DNA of 64,000 nucleotides from NCBI RefSeq assembly GCF_001194135.2, contig NC_068981.1, positions 174,976,014-175,040,013 on the forward strand, given 5' to 3'. A program made the position numbers and the translations under genes. Under the pieces are notes generated by a model. The model ran no database searches. It was not told where the DNA came from and saw nothing but the letters and a program-made list of their open reading frames with translations. Below, piece after piece: positions 12,555 to 24,324 of the stretch (position 1 is the first letter of the stretch; each line of letters opens with the position of its first letter). Origin of the DNA: Octopus bimaculoides (lineage: Eukaryota).

Positions 12555-13535
12555 TCATATATACGTACACACATACACACACATATACATATATACATAC
12601 ATAGATTCATAAAAGCATACATTCATGCAAAAAACATGCTTACGTGTGTGTANNNNNNNNNNNNNNNNNNNNNNNNNNNNNNNNNNNNNNNNNNNNNNNN
12701 NNNNNNNNNNNNNNNNNNNNNNNNNNNNNNNNNNNNNNNNNNNNNNNNNNNNNNNNNNNNNNNNNNNNNNNNNNNNNNNNNNNNNNNNNNNNNNNNNNNN
12801 NNNNNNNNNNNNNNNNNNNNNNNNNNNNNNNNNNNNNNNNNNNNNNNNNNNNNNNNNNNNNNNNNNNNNNNNNNNNNNNNNNNNNNNNNNNNNNNNNNNN
12901 NNNNNNNNNNNNNNNNNNNNNNNNNNNNNNNNNNNNNNNNNNNNNNNNNNNNNNNNNNNNNNNNNNNNNNNNNNNNNNNNNNNNNNNNNNNNNNNNNNNN
13001 NNNNNNNNNNNNNNNNNNNNNNNNNNNNNNNNNNNNNNNNNNNNNNNNNNNNNNNNNNNNNNNNNNNNNNNNNNNNNNNNNNNNNNNNNNNNNNNNNNNN
13101 NNNNNNNNNNNNNNNNNNNNNNNNNNNNNNNNNNNNNNNNNNNNNNNNNNNNNNNNNNNNNNNNNNNNNNNNNNNNNNNNNNNNNNNNNNNNNNNNNNNN
13201 NNNNNNNNNNNNNNNNNNNNNNNNNNNNNNNNNNNNNNNNNNNNNNNNNNNNNNNNNNNNNNNNNNNNNNNNNNNNNNNNNNNNNNNNNNNNNNNNNNNN
13301 NNNNNNNNNNNNNNNNNNNNNNNNNNNNNNNNNNNNNNNNNNNNNNNNNNNNNNNNNNNNNNNNNNNNNNNNNNNNNNNNNNNNNNNNNNNNNNNNNNNN
13401 NNNNNNNNNNNNNNNNNNNNNNNNNNNNNNNNNNNNNNNNNNNNNNNNNNNNNNNNNNNNNNNNNNNNNNNNNNNGTGTTAATTTTTTTTTTTTTCAGCT
13501 TTATATTACATTAATCTTAATCTTAATCTTATTTC

Positions 13536-13580
13536 GGCCAGAGTTCTTTCGTCACACTTCTGTGACCTCATCAGTGGTCC
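13536..13580 (-). ncRNA. Minimal type I hammerhead ribozyme (inverted copy)
   Basis: exact reverse complement of 13714..13758. Confidence 0.75.
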
Positions 13581-13713
13581 TTTGTTTCCTTCTTTCTTAT
13601 GTGTGTCTCACCTTGCTAACTATCAGCCAACTATCAGCCAAAAATGCTAACTATCAGCCAAAAATGGCTGATAGTTAGCAAGGTGAGACACACATAAGAA
13701 AGAAGGAAACAAA

Positions 13714-13758
13714 GGACCACTGATGAGGTCACAGAAGTGTGACGAAAGAACTCTGGCC
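13714..13758 (+). ncRNA. Minimal type I hammerhead ribozyme
   Basis: GGACCA-CUGAUGA-G-GUCAC(agaagu)GUGAC-GAAA-G aa CU-C-UGGCC: intact core, 5-bp stem II, 2-bp stem III, stem I with one bulge; CUC cleavage after 13753. Confidence 0.75.
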
Positions 13759-14467
13759 GAAATAAGATTAAGATTAAGATTAATGTAATATAAAGCTGAA
13801 AAAAAAAAAATTAACACCAAATATACAGTGCGTGTGTCTTTATTGGCTAAACTGGCAATATGACCATCCCCAAGTACAACAATATATATATATATATATA
13901 TATGCGTGCGTGTTTGTGTGAATACTCTTACAAACATACGTACGTATGAGTTGGGTTTATATATAGCTATATTTCTCTACATGCATCCATCCACGCATAA
14001 TGTCTTTAATATATATACACTCTTATAATCTTACAAACAAATACACATCACATAACATAGCCTTTAATAGAAATGCTAATCTAAAATTAGATTTGTATAT
14101 GTCTAACAACGAACTACATGACTGTCATCCGAAAGGTTGCGAGCTTGCATCCCGTCTTTGAACTTTATATTGTATCATATATACCGAAAGGCTTAAAACC
14201 GCACGGCTGAAAATATCTAACTACAGTAGCTGTACTCTAAACGCTTAACTCCATAATTATGTATTGGATAATGGCGAATGATTATATTTAAATAATTTAT
14301 GATTATTTTACAGAAACTGAATTTAGACCCACCTATTAGATAGGAGAAAACAACAGTACTAATTTCAGTGTTCCGATATGGCTTAGTATTTTGTCCCTAA
14401 CTCAACATTGCCACTAAGCATTTTCGACTCAATTCAGCTTTACGTATAGATTTTCAATTTACATAAT

Positions 14468-14665
14468 TCTTTCTACTATAGGCACATGGTTAGAAATTTT
14501 GAAGACGGGCTAATAACCTCAGTGCTCAACTGGTAATTATTTCATTGACCCCGAAAGGATTAATAGCAAAGCCAACCTCCGCTGAATTTGAACTCAAAAT
14601 GTAAAGACAGATGAAATGCCGCTAAGCATTTTGTTCGATGCGTTAACGATTCTGCCAGCTAGCTG
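14468..14665 (-). mobile_element. SINE family A
   Basis: same body and B-box motifs on minus. Confidence 0.8.
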
Positions 14666-15175
14666 CGTTTAAAATGCTTATTAATAATGGCGCATGCATA
14701 TGTATCACACTCCAAACACATCATATGTAACGATGAAAATATACACATACTGGTGAACTCGTGCCGTACAAATATGATGATATCTTAAAAGAAATAAGAA
14801 ACTTGTATCTTATTAGTGCATCAGCTTCACATACAATGCGTATATTTCATTTCCATGTAGACTTGCCACAGAACATGAAAGTTTATTTACCAAAAGTGGG
14901 ATATTTTGTCAATAATCAATGTACTATACTATATACACATAAAAATATATACACATATAAATTATCATATTATATACATAAATAATAAATCATTATGATA
15001 TCCTATATGTAAGGTTAACTTGGTGAAATATCGGTGCATTAGAATGTACAAAATTCTTTTGAATATAGTTTCACTATATGAGTATCATGAATTGCCACAA
15101 AAATTTATATCACAATTTTCTCGAACTAAGCTATATCTGCATTCAGTACACATATATACCATACGTCTGTGTCTG

Positions 15176-15266
<91 letters not shown>

Positions 15267-15288
15267 ATCTATATATACATATATATAT

Positions 15289-15430
15289 ATATTGAAAAAA
15301 AAAAATCGTCAGAATTTTTGAAAATTTTTTTTTTATTTTATTGTATCTTCATTGTCATATTAACGCTTTCTTTCGTCTTTCGAACTTGTCAAAGTTTTTT
15401 TCCAAAATTCTGACGGCTTTTTTTCAATAT
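15289..15430. mobile_element. Small MITE-like element
   Basis: ~34 bp imperfect terminal inverted repeats ATATTGAn(T/GC)CGTCAGAATTTT at 15289-15324 and 15397-15430. Confidence 0.45.
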
Positions 15431-15472
15431 TCAATTCTGTACATCACACCTAACACGCTACACGCACACACT

Positions 15473-15506
<34 letters not shown>

Positions 15507-15545
15507 TGCACATATTGTTCAAGGTATCTTATATTATTGAACACT

Positions 15546-15580
15546 AGCATACTAGCCCGGCTGGCTTTGCCCGGGATTAA
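15546..15580 (+). mobile_element. Possible Helitron/Helentron-like terminus
   Basis: TACTAGCCCGGCTGGCTTTGCCCGGG GC hairpin after ACTAG; the rest runs into a gap. Confidence 0.3.
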
Positions 15581-16248
15581 CTTAGGATTATTAAGCTAAA
15601 TAAGTTCTTTATTTCAAACCAAACTAAGTAACATCGACGTCAAATTTGGGCAGAATCAGTGTCGCGACGGGAGTGCATGGGTTGGGAGTTTGATCGGCAG
15701 AGGTGATCAGGTTACACATGCCAGCCCTTTGAAAACNNNNNNNNNNNNNNNNNNNNNNNNNNNNNNNNNNNNNNNNNNNNNNNNNNNNNNNNNNNNNNNN
15801 NNNNNNNNNNNNNNNNNNNNNNNNNNNNNNNNNNNNNNNNNNNNNNNNNNNNNNNNNNNNNNNNNNNNNNNNNNNNNNNNNNNNNNNNNNNNNNNNNNNN
15901 NNNNNNNNNNNNNNNNNNNNNNNNNNNNNNNNNNNNNNNNNNNNNNNNNNNNNNNNNNNNNNNNNNNNNNNNNNNNNNNNNNNNNNNNNNNNNNNNNNNN
16001 NNNNNNNNNNNNNNNNNNNNNNNNNNNNNNNNNNNNNNNNNNNNNNNNNNNNNNNNNNNNNNNNNNNNNNNNNNNNNNNNNNNNNNNNNNNNNNNNNNNN
16101 NNNNNNNNNNNNNNNNNNNNNNNNNNNNNNNNNNNNNNNNNNNNNNNNNNNNNNNNNNNNNNNNNNNNNNNNNNNNNNNNNNNNNNNNNNNNNNNNNNNN
16201 NNNGAAGCGACATGCGTGCTAATTTGTGGACGTGCATAATTACATTCA

Positions 16249-16296
<48 letters not shown>

Positions 16297-18384
16297 CAGA
16301 TAATTTAGAAGTTCCTTCGTCGAGTGTTTTTATAAACATTGCTGGAACGACATGGTCTCGCTATACAGTTTCGCTAAATATGTATATACATAGTTTCGGT
16401 ATATATGTATATATATATGATACAGATGATAAACGTCATGTATTATTTTCCCTCCGAAGATTTGTGTATGTTCTATCACTGAACTACATGATAACGAAAT
16501 ATAGATGAATATTTCATATATGTATGTATGTATATATGGATGTATGTATGAATGTATATATGTATTTATATATTCATATACAACAATGTTTATTGTAGAT
16601 GATGATAGTACACACATATATATATATATATACCTGCTTTCCTTCCAGAAACTTCGCTATGGCAGCACTTGTAGTTTCAGCAGTTACACACATTCATATA
16701 TCTATGATTGTTCATAGATATATAGAAAGACGTACAAATACGCTCAGCATACACGCCTATGCATATACAACAGATATACACGCACACACACACATATATA
16801 TATATACATACACACACACATAAATACATACACACTCATACATACATACATACATTCATACATACATACATGCATACATACATACTTACATATTTATATT
16901 TTGCGTTGGTTTCTGTGACTACAGCGTGACCATAATGTCATTTTACAGTAGTAATAAAAACTGTATAATATAACATCAAGAAACATAAAATTTTAACCAA
17001 GTATGATATATATTAGTTTTTCTCTTATTGAGTCTTGATTATTTCCCTTGTGTATACGTATACCTATGTAACAAGCGTAAACATGTCCGTTTATTTTGGG
17101 GTGTGTCTTTATCTATGTGCAAACGTGATTTTGTGTGGTCTTGAATATTATTTTCTCTGTGTTTATATGTTATTGTATTTATATGTAACATACATATGTT
17201 CTCTGCGCGTGAACATATATATTGAGGAATGTGTGTGTGTTTGTAACTTGAAGTGCTCTTTTCGGATTTGTATGTTTGTTATCCACTGCGTGTCTTCGCG
17301 TGAACTTTGTATGTGCGTGTGTGAATGTGTTTTGAAAGTTTGTATGTATACCTATCATTCTTTACGTGTCTATTGCGAGTAAGTGTATATGTACGCTTGT
17401 GTTTCAACGTCATTTCCTTAATTGATCTATGGCAAGCCGTCTCAGTAATACATATTGCTCTCTGCAGTTTCAGACATGACACATTAAAAAAGAAAATAGA
17501 CGTCATTATGTACAATAAACTCCCTTGGACTTCCTCTGCCACTGTATTTCTCACTGACTGTTTTGCACTGTCTCTTTATTTCTGCAAATCAGTCTGTCTT
17601 TCTGTCTGTCTGATTGCCCTCCCCAATCCCCAACTCTCTCCCTGTTGTTCTCTCTCAACGTTTTTCTACTCTCATGACAACGCCCATGATATTTCTGGAA
17701 TTTTCCTTTTACATTATTATTATTATTATTTCTTTTTTTGTTGCTCATATCATTACTGTTTCCTCTTAGATTTATTTAGGTGTGTGTGTGTGTGTCCGAA
17801 TATGCGCTCACGCAAATGTTTGGTCTCTTTGGAGCAGTAGCTTCGACGGTAAGACTGCTAGATGCTACTAGTAAAAATTATGGTATCCAAGTTCGCATCT
17901 AGCTCAAGGAAATCCAGAACTTACACATGAGTCGGAATGAATAATTCGTTACACACGCACAAATTTATTTCCATGTAGCTCACAAAACTCGCGCGTGCTA
18001 AGCAAGAAAGGTGAAGTTGATAAAGAAATTTCAAAATTAAAATATCTAAAACGATTTTCAAAAGCACATAAGTTTCTGAGTTCGCTCCGAGTTCAAGCAA
18101 ACCTAAACTTGTACGTGTGATTCTCGTACACATACTACTCTAAGCCGACATATATATATTTTAATATAGATTACACAAAGCTTGATATTATTTAACAAAG
18201 ATTACGAGATTTATTAACCAAAAATAAAACGTAAACATTTCCAATAACAAAATAGATTTTGCCAGTGTCTGACATCTGATTCTGACTTAAAGTAATCCCC
18301 AAGCTGCCACAAAGACGAACCTCTACAAAGCTAGCAGATGCGCGCACGCGTGCTTGTGTGTGTGTGTGTGCGTGCGGTTATTCT

Positions 18385-18650
18385 TTCATTCATTTATTCT
18401 TTTACTTGTTTCAGACATTTGACTGTATCTATGCTGGAGTACCGCCTCTAGTCGAAGAAATCGACTGAAGGACGTATTCTTTGTAATCCTAGCACTTATT
18501 CTATCGGTGTCTTATGCCGAACCGCTAGGCTACATGGACATAAACATACCAACATCGGCTGTCAAGTGATGGTAGTGCACAACCACAGACACACAAATAC
18601 ATACATACATATATATATACATATATATATATACATCTGGATTTTTCCTT
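18385..18650 (-). mobile_element. SINE family B (3' half)
   Basis: matches 36975..37392 and 39972..40312 (CTTGTTTCAG..ATTTGACTG..ATGCTGGAG..ACCGCC). Confidence 0.75.
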
Positions 18651-18683
18651 TTTGGTTTTATATAATGTCTAATCACATTCGTG

Positions 18684-18726
<43 letters not shown>

Positions 18727-18736
18727 NNNNNNNNNN

Positions 18737-18821
<85 letters not shown>

Positions 18822-18881
18822 GAATATATGTGAATATATGTGAATATATGTATGTAGATGATGTGATAAATGTACATTTAC

Positions 18882-19102
18882 ATAAGTGGATTGAAATTGA
18901 GAGGAACAGAGACCGTTGGTTCGGCAACTCGCAAAATGTATCGAACTAACTGCAAAGCATTCAACGTTGAAACAATTTCCCCGGAGTTGGCTCTACTTAA
19001 CGCCGTAGTAGCGAGAAGAAACGATTTAAAAATTTGTCTCAGTGCAGACAAATGTGTGCTAATTTTCGTACTGGAGCTACTTTGGCAAACTTGACACGAA
19101 AT
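18882..19102 (-). CDS. Candidate internal exon, unknown protein
   Basis: GC-richer island bounded by acceptor GCTTTTTTTATGTTCAG and donor GTAAAT; 73 open codons ISCQVCQ...LNFNPL; no homology recognised. Confidence 0.3.
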
Positions 19103-19670
19103 CTGAACATAAAAAAAGCAAAATTGCTTTATGGAAGAATATTTATGCTTCAAACATTATGAAACACAGGAAATACATCTAGAGTTTTCGGTAACAATTT
19201 TTGAATATATAAATATTCATACACTGTAGGTCTGACATTTTGAACACGTATGAAGTTTGCACTGCTAAAGGCTGCCGGCGTTTCACTATTTAACTTTTGA
19301 TATGCTTTTATTTGGAATGGTTACCATCGACAAGTAAGTTAGATGTAGCTGTCAACTAATACAAAAATATATTCTTTAACTTATTTTGGCACGTTTATCG
19401 ACCTTTCCCTCCTTACTTTGAGATATCTGAAGACATTTTACTAGCGCTGTTTCATGAAATATTGCTTGTATTTTAATTCAAATTAATGTGAAGTGCCACT
19501 TGTAAAATGTGTGTGTGTGTATGTGTTTGTGTGTGTATGTGCGTGTGTGTGTATGTGAGTGTGTATGTGTGTGTGAGTTTGTGTGTAGAGCATTTTTAGT
19601 GAGTCTCTTCAAGAATTACAGGAATACATAATGTATTTCTTGTCTATGTATACCGATCTCTTCATATATA

Positions 19671-20998
19671 TGAAGTGGTATCAAAAGGTTCCTGAACTAG
19701 TTATGTTTGATAAGAAATAACCTATTTACCTAAATTTTTAACATCGTTTCCTTCGAAATAGTCACCTTCCACAGCAATATGCCGGTCCCGGCGTCCAAGC
19801 CACTTTTGGAATCCAGCCTGGAAGTCGTTTTCTGTCAGCGAGTCTCAGCGTTCCTGCCACATTCGGAATCTGGCCTGGAATTCGTTTTCCGTAAGCCAGT
19901 CGAGGATATTCTACGATTCATTCTGGATCTCCACATAGGTGCTGAAACGACGACATCTGAGCTGCATTTTATTCGTGGAAAAGAGACAGAAGTCCGCTGG
20001 TGCTAAATCTGGCAAATAGGACGGGTGCGGAAGTGATACCATGGTACTTTTGGAGAGAAACACACAAGTGAGGCGAGCTCGGTGAAAAATCCACTTCTTT
20101 GCGCCCCACAGATCCGGCTGCTTTTGCCGAATATCATCCCTCAAACGTTTCAAAACGTCGCGGTAGAACTCTCGATGGTCGGTCTGGACCTGGGAAACAA
20201 ATTCTCGATACACAATTCCACTTTGGCGGGGCTGACGCTCCTGGCATGTCTTCCGGATTGCTTAACGTCTTCCAGGGACGTTCTTCCGCCTTTGAAGCGC
20301 CCGTGCTACTCGAAACGTTGCCTACGACCCATTGCCTCGACGCCGTAAGCTTACCGAAGCATGCTCAATGTCTCTGTAACAGACTTCCCAAGTTTAACGC
20401 GAGACTTCACGTTGGCACTTTGTTCCTGTCCATGACAAAATCGCAGGCTACAACATACACGTGATTACAAAAACACAAATTTCACAACTTGCGAACTAAA
20501 CACAGTGATATCACTCGATATCACCCAGCGATATCACTTGGGCGAAGGCGCATGGTTCAGTGGTTAGAGCGTCGAGCTTACGATCGTGAGGTTGTGAGTT
20601 CGAATCCCGGACCGGGCTGCGTGTTGTGTTCTTGAGCAAGACACTTTATTTCACGTTGCTCCAGTTCACTCAGCTGTAGAAATGAGTTGTGACGTCACTG
20701 GTGCCAAGCTGTATCGGCCTTTGCCTTTCCCTTGGATAACACTGGTGACGTGGAGAGGGGAGACCGGAATGCATGGGCGACTGCTGGTCTTCCATAAAAC
20801 AACCTTGCCCGGACTTCTGCCTGGGAGGGTAACTTCCTAGGTGCAATCCCATGGTCAGTCATGACTGAAGGGGGTCTCCGCATCACTCGGCACACTGCCT
20901 CACAAAGTTCACTGCTAGCTCTCACCGGCACGCAACCGTGTGCGGCTATCTGTTGGTGCGCTACAGAACTAGTCCAGGAACATTTTGTTGCCACCTCG
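19671..20998 (-). mobile_element. Internally deleted mariner transposon
   Basis: 32-bp imperfect TIRs (TGAAGTGGTATCAAAAGGTTCCTGAACTAGTT and the right-end equivalent CGAGGTGGCAACAAAATGTTCCTGGACTAGTT) flanked by TA; N-terminal KLGKSVTETLSML..AYG..RFKGGRTSLED fused to C-terminal VLKRLRDDIRQK..LPHPSYLPDLAPADF; stops and frameshifts. Confidence 0.92.
20541..20878 (+). mobile_element. Full-length tRNA-headed, CORE-like SINE family C nested in the mariner
   Basis: A box TGGTTCAGTGG, B box GAGTTCGAATCCC, then CTTGAGCAAGACAC..CAGCTGTAGAAATGAG resembling the MIR-type CORE domain. Confidence 0.85.
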
Positions 20999-21321
20999 TA
21001 TATGAGTTTGACATTAAAATCAGCTTGATAGTAATAACTTGTGGTCAGTGGCATATATTTGAGAAAATGTAACAGCGAAGTTAACATTAGTTGTTCAATT
21101 ATTGTTTGCAGATACCTAAAAAGAAGAATTGAAAAGGAACAGAATTAATTTAAAGATGTAAATATCAAGGCTATGTACTGCTAAAATATAATGCATAGAT
21201 TCCTTGTATATAAACTGAATAAATTTGTCGAGGACTGGTATTGCAATTTAAAAATTAACGTCATTTGCATCCACCGACTCCTAGACTTTTAATGGCTCTT
21301 CTAAGCTTTAATTATACCAGG

Positions 21322-21465
21322 GTCATTTCATCCGTCTTTACGTTCTTAGTTCAAATTCCAGCGATGTAGACTTTTGCTCTTCATTTCGAGGTTGAGAATA
21401 AGTACCATTTCAACATTGGAGTCGATGTAATTGATTCAACCCCTTCCCCAATAGTTGCTGGCTTT
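21322..21465 (+). mobile_element. SINE family A (head lost)
   Basis: TTACGTTCTTAGTTCAAATTCC..GTAGACTTTTGC. Confidence 0.75.
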
Positions 21466-22129
21466 GTGTGTGTGTGCCTGCGTGCGTGTGCATGCATGTG
21501 TGTCCTTGTGTGTGTGTGTGTGAGAGAGCGTGTTTGTATGTGCACATGTGTATCACGATATATGATTATAACCATCTTAAATTAACTTCCGACTTGAATA
21601 CACACAAACACACACACGCCAGCGCGCGCGTGTGTGAGGGTGTGTGTACATATACTGCGAAGGATCAGTGTTGCAATGGTGTATGAACGCGGCGATGAGT
21701 GTGTAAAAGTGTATGTATATTAACCATTTATGGGTCAAAATATTTGACAGGCAAAATTATTGGATTTGCGGATAAGATACTTTAGATATAAAATTATTAT
21801 CAATTCTGGTAAATAAATCCATGTCTGGACGCACACAAGTAAGTATCCACTTGTTTAGGTTAATACGTCTGTTTCTCTATGAAGCAAAAAATTTCGACCT
21901 TAAACTGTGATGCCTGAATCTCCGTTAAGTCCGTCCGACCGACGTACTATGACCTCTGGATGACACATCATCTCTTAGAAGGGGCTTCATGAGTTGTAAC
22001 TCGCGACACTTCAGCGACAGCTTAGAAATTTTAACCATCCTTCAGTGGTTCGCTTCGTTCGTCTCAATGATTATACAGTTTATTTATTTATTTCAAACCT
22101 TATTTATGACTGGATCAGAACACCATCTC

Positions 22130-22181
22130 ATTGGCTTCACGAAAGCTAATTTACAGGGAAGAGCGGGAAGTGAGTATAAAG
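22130..22181 (+). promoter_or_regulatory. Candidate Pol II promoter
   Basis: ATTGG (CCAAT reverse) 22130, GCGGGAAGTG 22162-22172, TATAAAG 22175 at canonical spacing within a CpG-richer unique block. Confidence 0.3.
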
Positions 22182-23749
22182 ACGCGCGTGTTAAAGGTGG
22201 TGCGTGTGGTTGGATGTTTTAGCACGACTGCAATGCAGTCAGCCCTATATCGAATGTATTTAGACTCTGCCGTTTTTGCTTGCTTTGTTTTTTCTAGGGA
22301 TGCTTTTTTTTTATTTATCCTCCTCCCCTGCGATGAAAAAATGCGAAAGGACTCCATCAAAATAAATACATAAATAGATGAATAGATGAATGAATGAGCA
22401 AATGAATGAATAAATAAATAAACAAACAAACAGGCTATTAGAAGCTTGGTCAGATGATGTAAATGGAACGATATAGAAAGTAATGGTAGCTGAGAAGGGG
22501 ACAAATATAAAGATGCATGTTTTTGTTTTCGATTATTTGTATTTGCTTTGTTTCCAGAGTTATAAGCACCAATGGAAGAGAGAATCGTGAGTCACATCGA
22601 AAGAGATAAAAAAAAAAAAATTAAGAAATAATATAATGAAAGTGGAAAAAAAAATATCTGCGAGTGTAAAGAAAATATGATGTGAGCTGACAACTAAAGT
22701 TTGTAGAAGAGGGAAAGTTAGTGCGTGTGTTTGTTTCTTAGGCACATGCTACACTCTCACACAAACTTAGATTTATACATACATAAATTGATGCATACGT
22801 ACATAACTACATACATATGTATGTATGTATATACATATATATATANNNNNNNNNNNNNNNNNNNNNNNNNNNNNNNNNNNNNNNNNNNNNNNNNNNNNNN
22901 NNATATATGTATAAAATATACGAGTTAGAGTGAATGTGTGTATAAAAAGTTTGCAGAAGACTAAAGTGTGTAAAAGAATCTAAGCGAAACGACTTTTTAT
23001 AGGAGTTTAGTAATAAAAGAGGGAAACTGGAATATGGGGAAAAGCGTCGAGCTTGAATAAATATTCTCAGGCATGTTCATTTTTGAGTGTACCTAAGATT
23101 TTTCGCAACTGGACTGGTGTAACCAACTGTCTGCCTGTCGCCATGAGAAGAGAAAAGGAACAAATTATATATAAATATAGACTGGTAGTTTATGAAGCTT
23201 TTTACGTAGTTCCGTGATTCTTGATATGTGTCAATCAACTCTTAAGAATCCATTAGAGAATGTCAACATAGTCTAATTGGTTTAAGTTCTCAGCCCCCAC
23301 TTTCAATTTCAAGATAGCATTCTGATCTGCTTCCTTGCCTTTTAGTTACGTATGATTTGAAACATACGCACTCACACACATGTACTAATACTCTCCATTT
23401 CTCTCTCACTCTCTCAATCCAAAACACAAACATGTATACACATACTACTTCCCTCATTGCCATAGACAGTAGCAAAAACATATTCACATACACGAAGGCA
23501 CTCACAAGTTCTGTGATCTGCATCCTTACACTTTTCATTTCTTTTTTCGTGTATAATATAATTACAAACGTTTCCATACACACTAGCATGCACACGCGAT
23601 CATGTATACATATATATTCTTACACAAGAAAATACACACGTATATTTGCAAACGTACAGAAACCCACGATTGCCCTCATACAAAGAAAAACAGTCTGTGA
23701 TTTGGTTCATTATTTTTATTTGTGCATGATTTGAAACTCACACTCTCTC

Positions 23750-23915
23750 TCTTTATCTCTCTCTTTCTCTTTATCTCCCTCTCTCTTTCTCTTCATTTCT
23801 CTCTCTTTCTCTTCATTTCTCTCTCTTTCTCTTCATTTATCTCTCTTTCTCTTCATTTCTCTCTCTTTCTCTTCATTTCTCTCTCTTTCTCTTCATTTCT
23901 TTCTCTTTCTCTCTC
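23750..23915. repeat. CT-rich ~20-bp minisatellite (TCTCTCTCTTTCTCTTCATT)n
   Basis: direct reading. Confidence 0.85.
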
Positions 23916-24293
23916 TTACCCTCCCACATAAACACACATACATATTCAGACAAAGAAATATGTGAGTGGCTACGTAAGACATAACTTACTTTCTCTGTAT
24001 GCATAATTTCGATACCGAGTTACTGGCGTCTCTTAAATTTGTCATCAAAGCTCGCATCATTAACATCATGCAATAAGGATGGCAAATTTTGTAGATTGAA
24101 TTCTCTCCATCGGTTGCCCTAATACGCATATGCCTGTCAAGATATACCAAGAAGTCCCTACAATCGTAAAAGAAACAATTAATAATACCTCGGGCTATAT
24201 GTATATATATATATATATATATATACAAACATGTTTATATATAAATACGTACATACATATATANNNNNNNNNNNNNNNNNNNNNNNNNNCTTA

Positions 24294-24324
<31 letters not shown>

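Larger units (their letters stand above)
13476..13882. mobile_element. Penelope-pLTR-like long inverted-repeat element with hammerhead in each arm (family H1)
   Basis: arms 13476-13629 and 13665-13817 are exact reverse complements except 13 T vs 12 A; spacer has ACTATCAGCCA repeats; right arm continues to 13882; left side abuts an N gap. Confidence 0.8.

Noticed and set aside
23990-24133. Idea that the TAG/TAA in the protein-like frame (GNRWREFNLQNLP..) are recoded by A-to-I editing
   Set aside because: No evidence; it needs multiple edits, and a 5' UTR or non-coding reading is simpler
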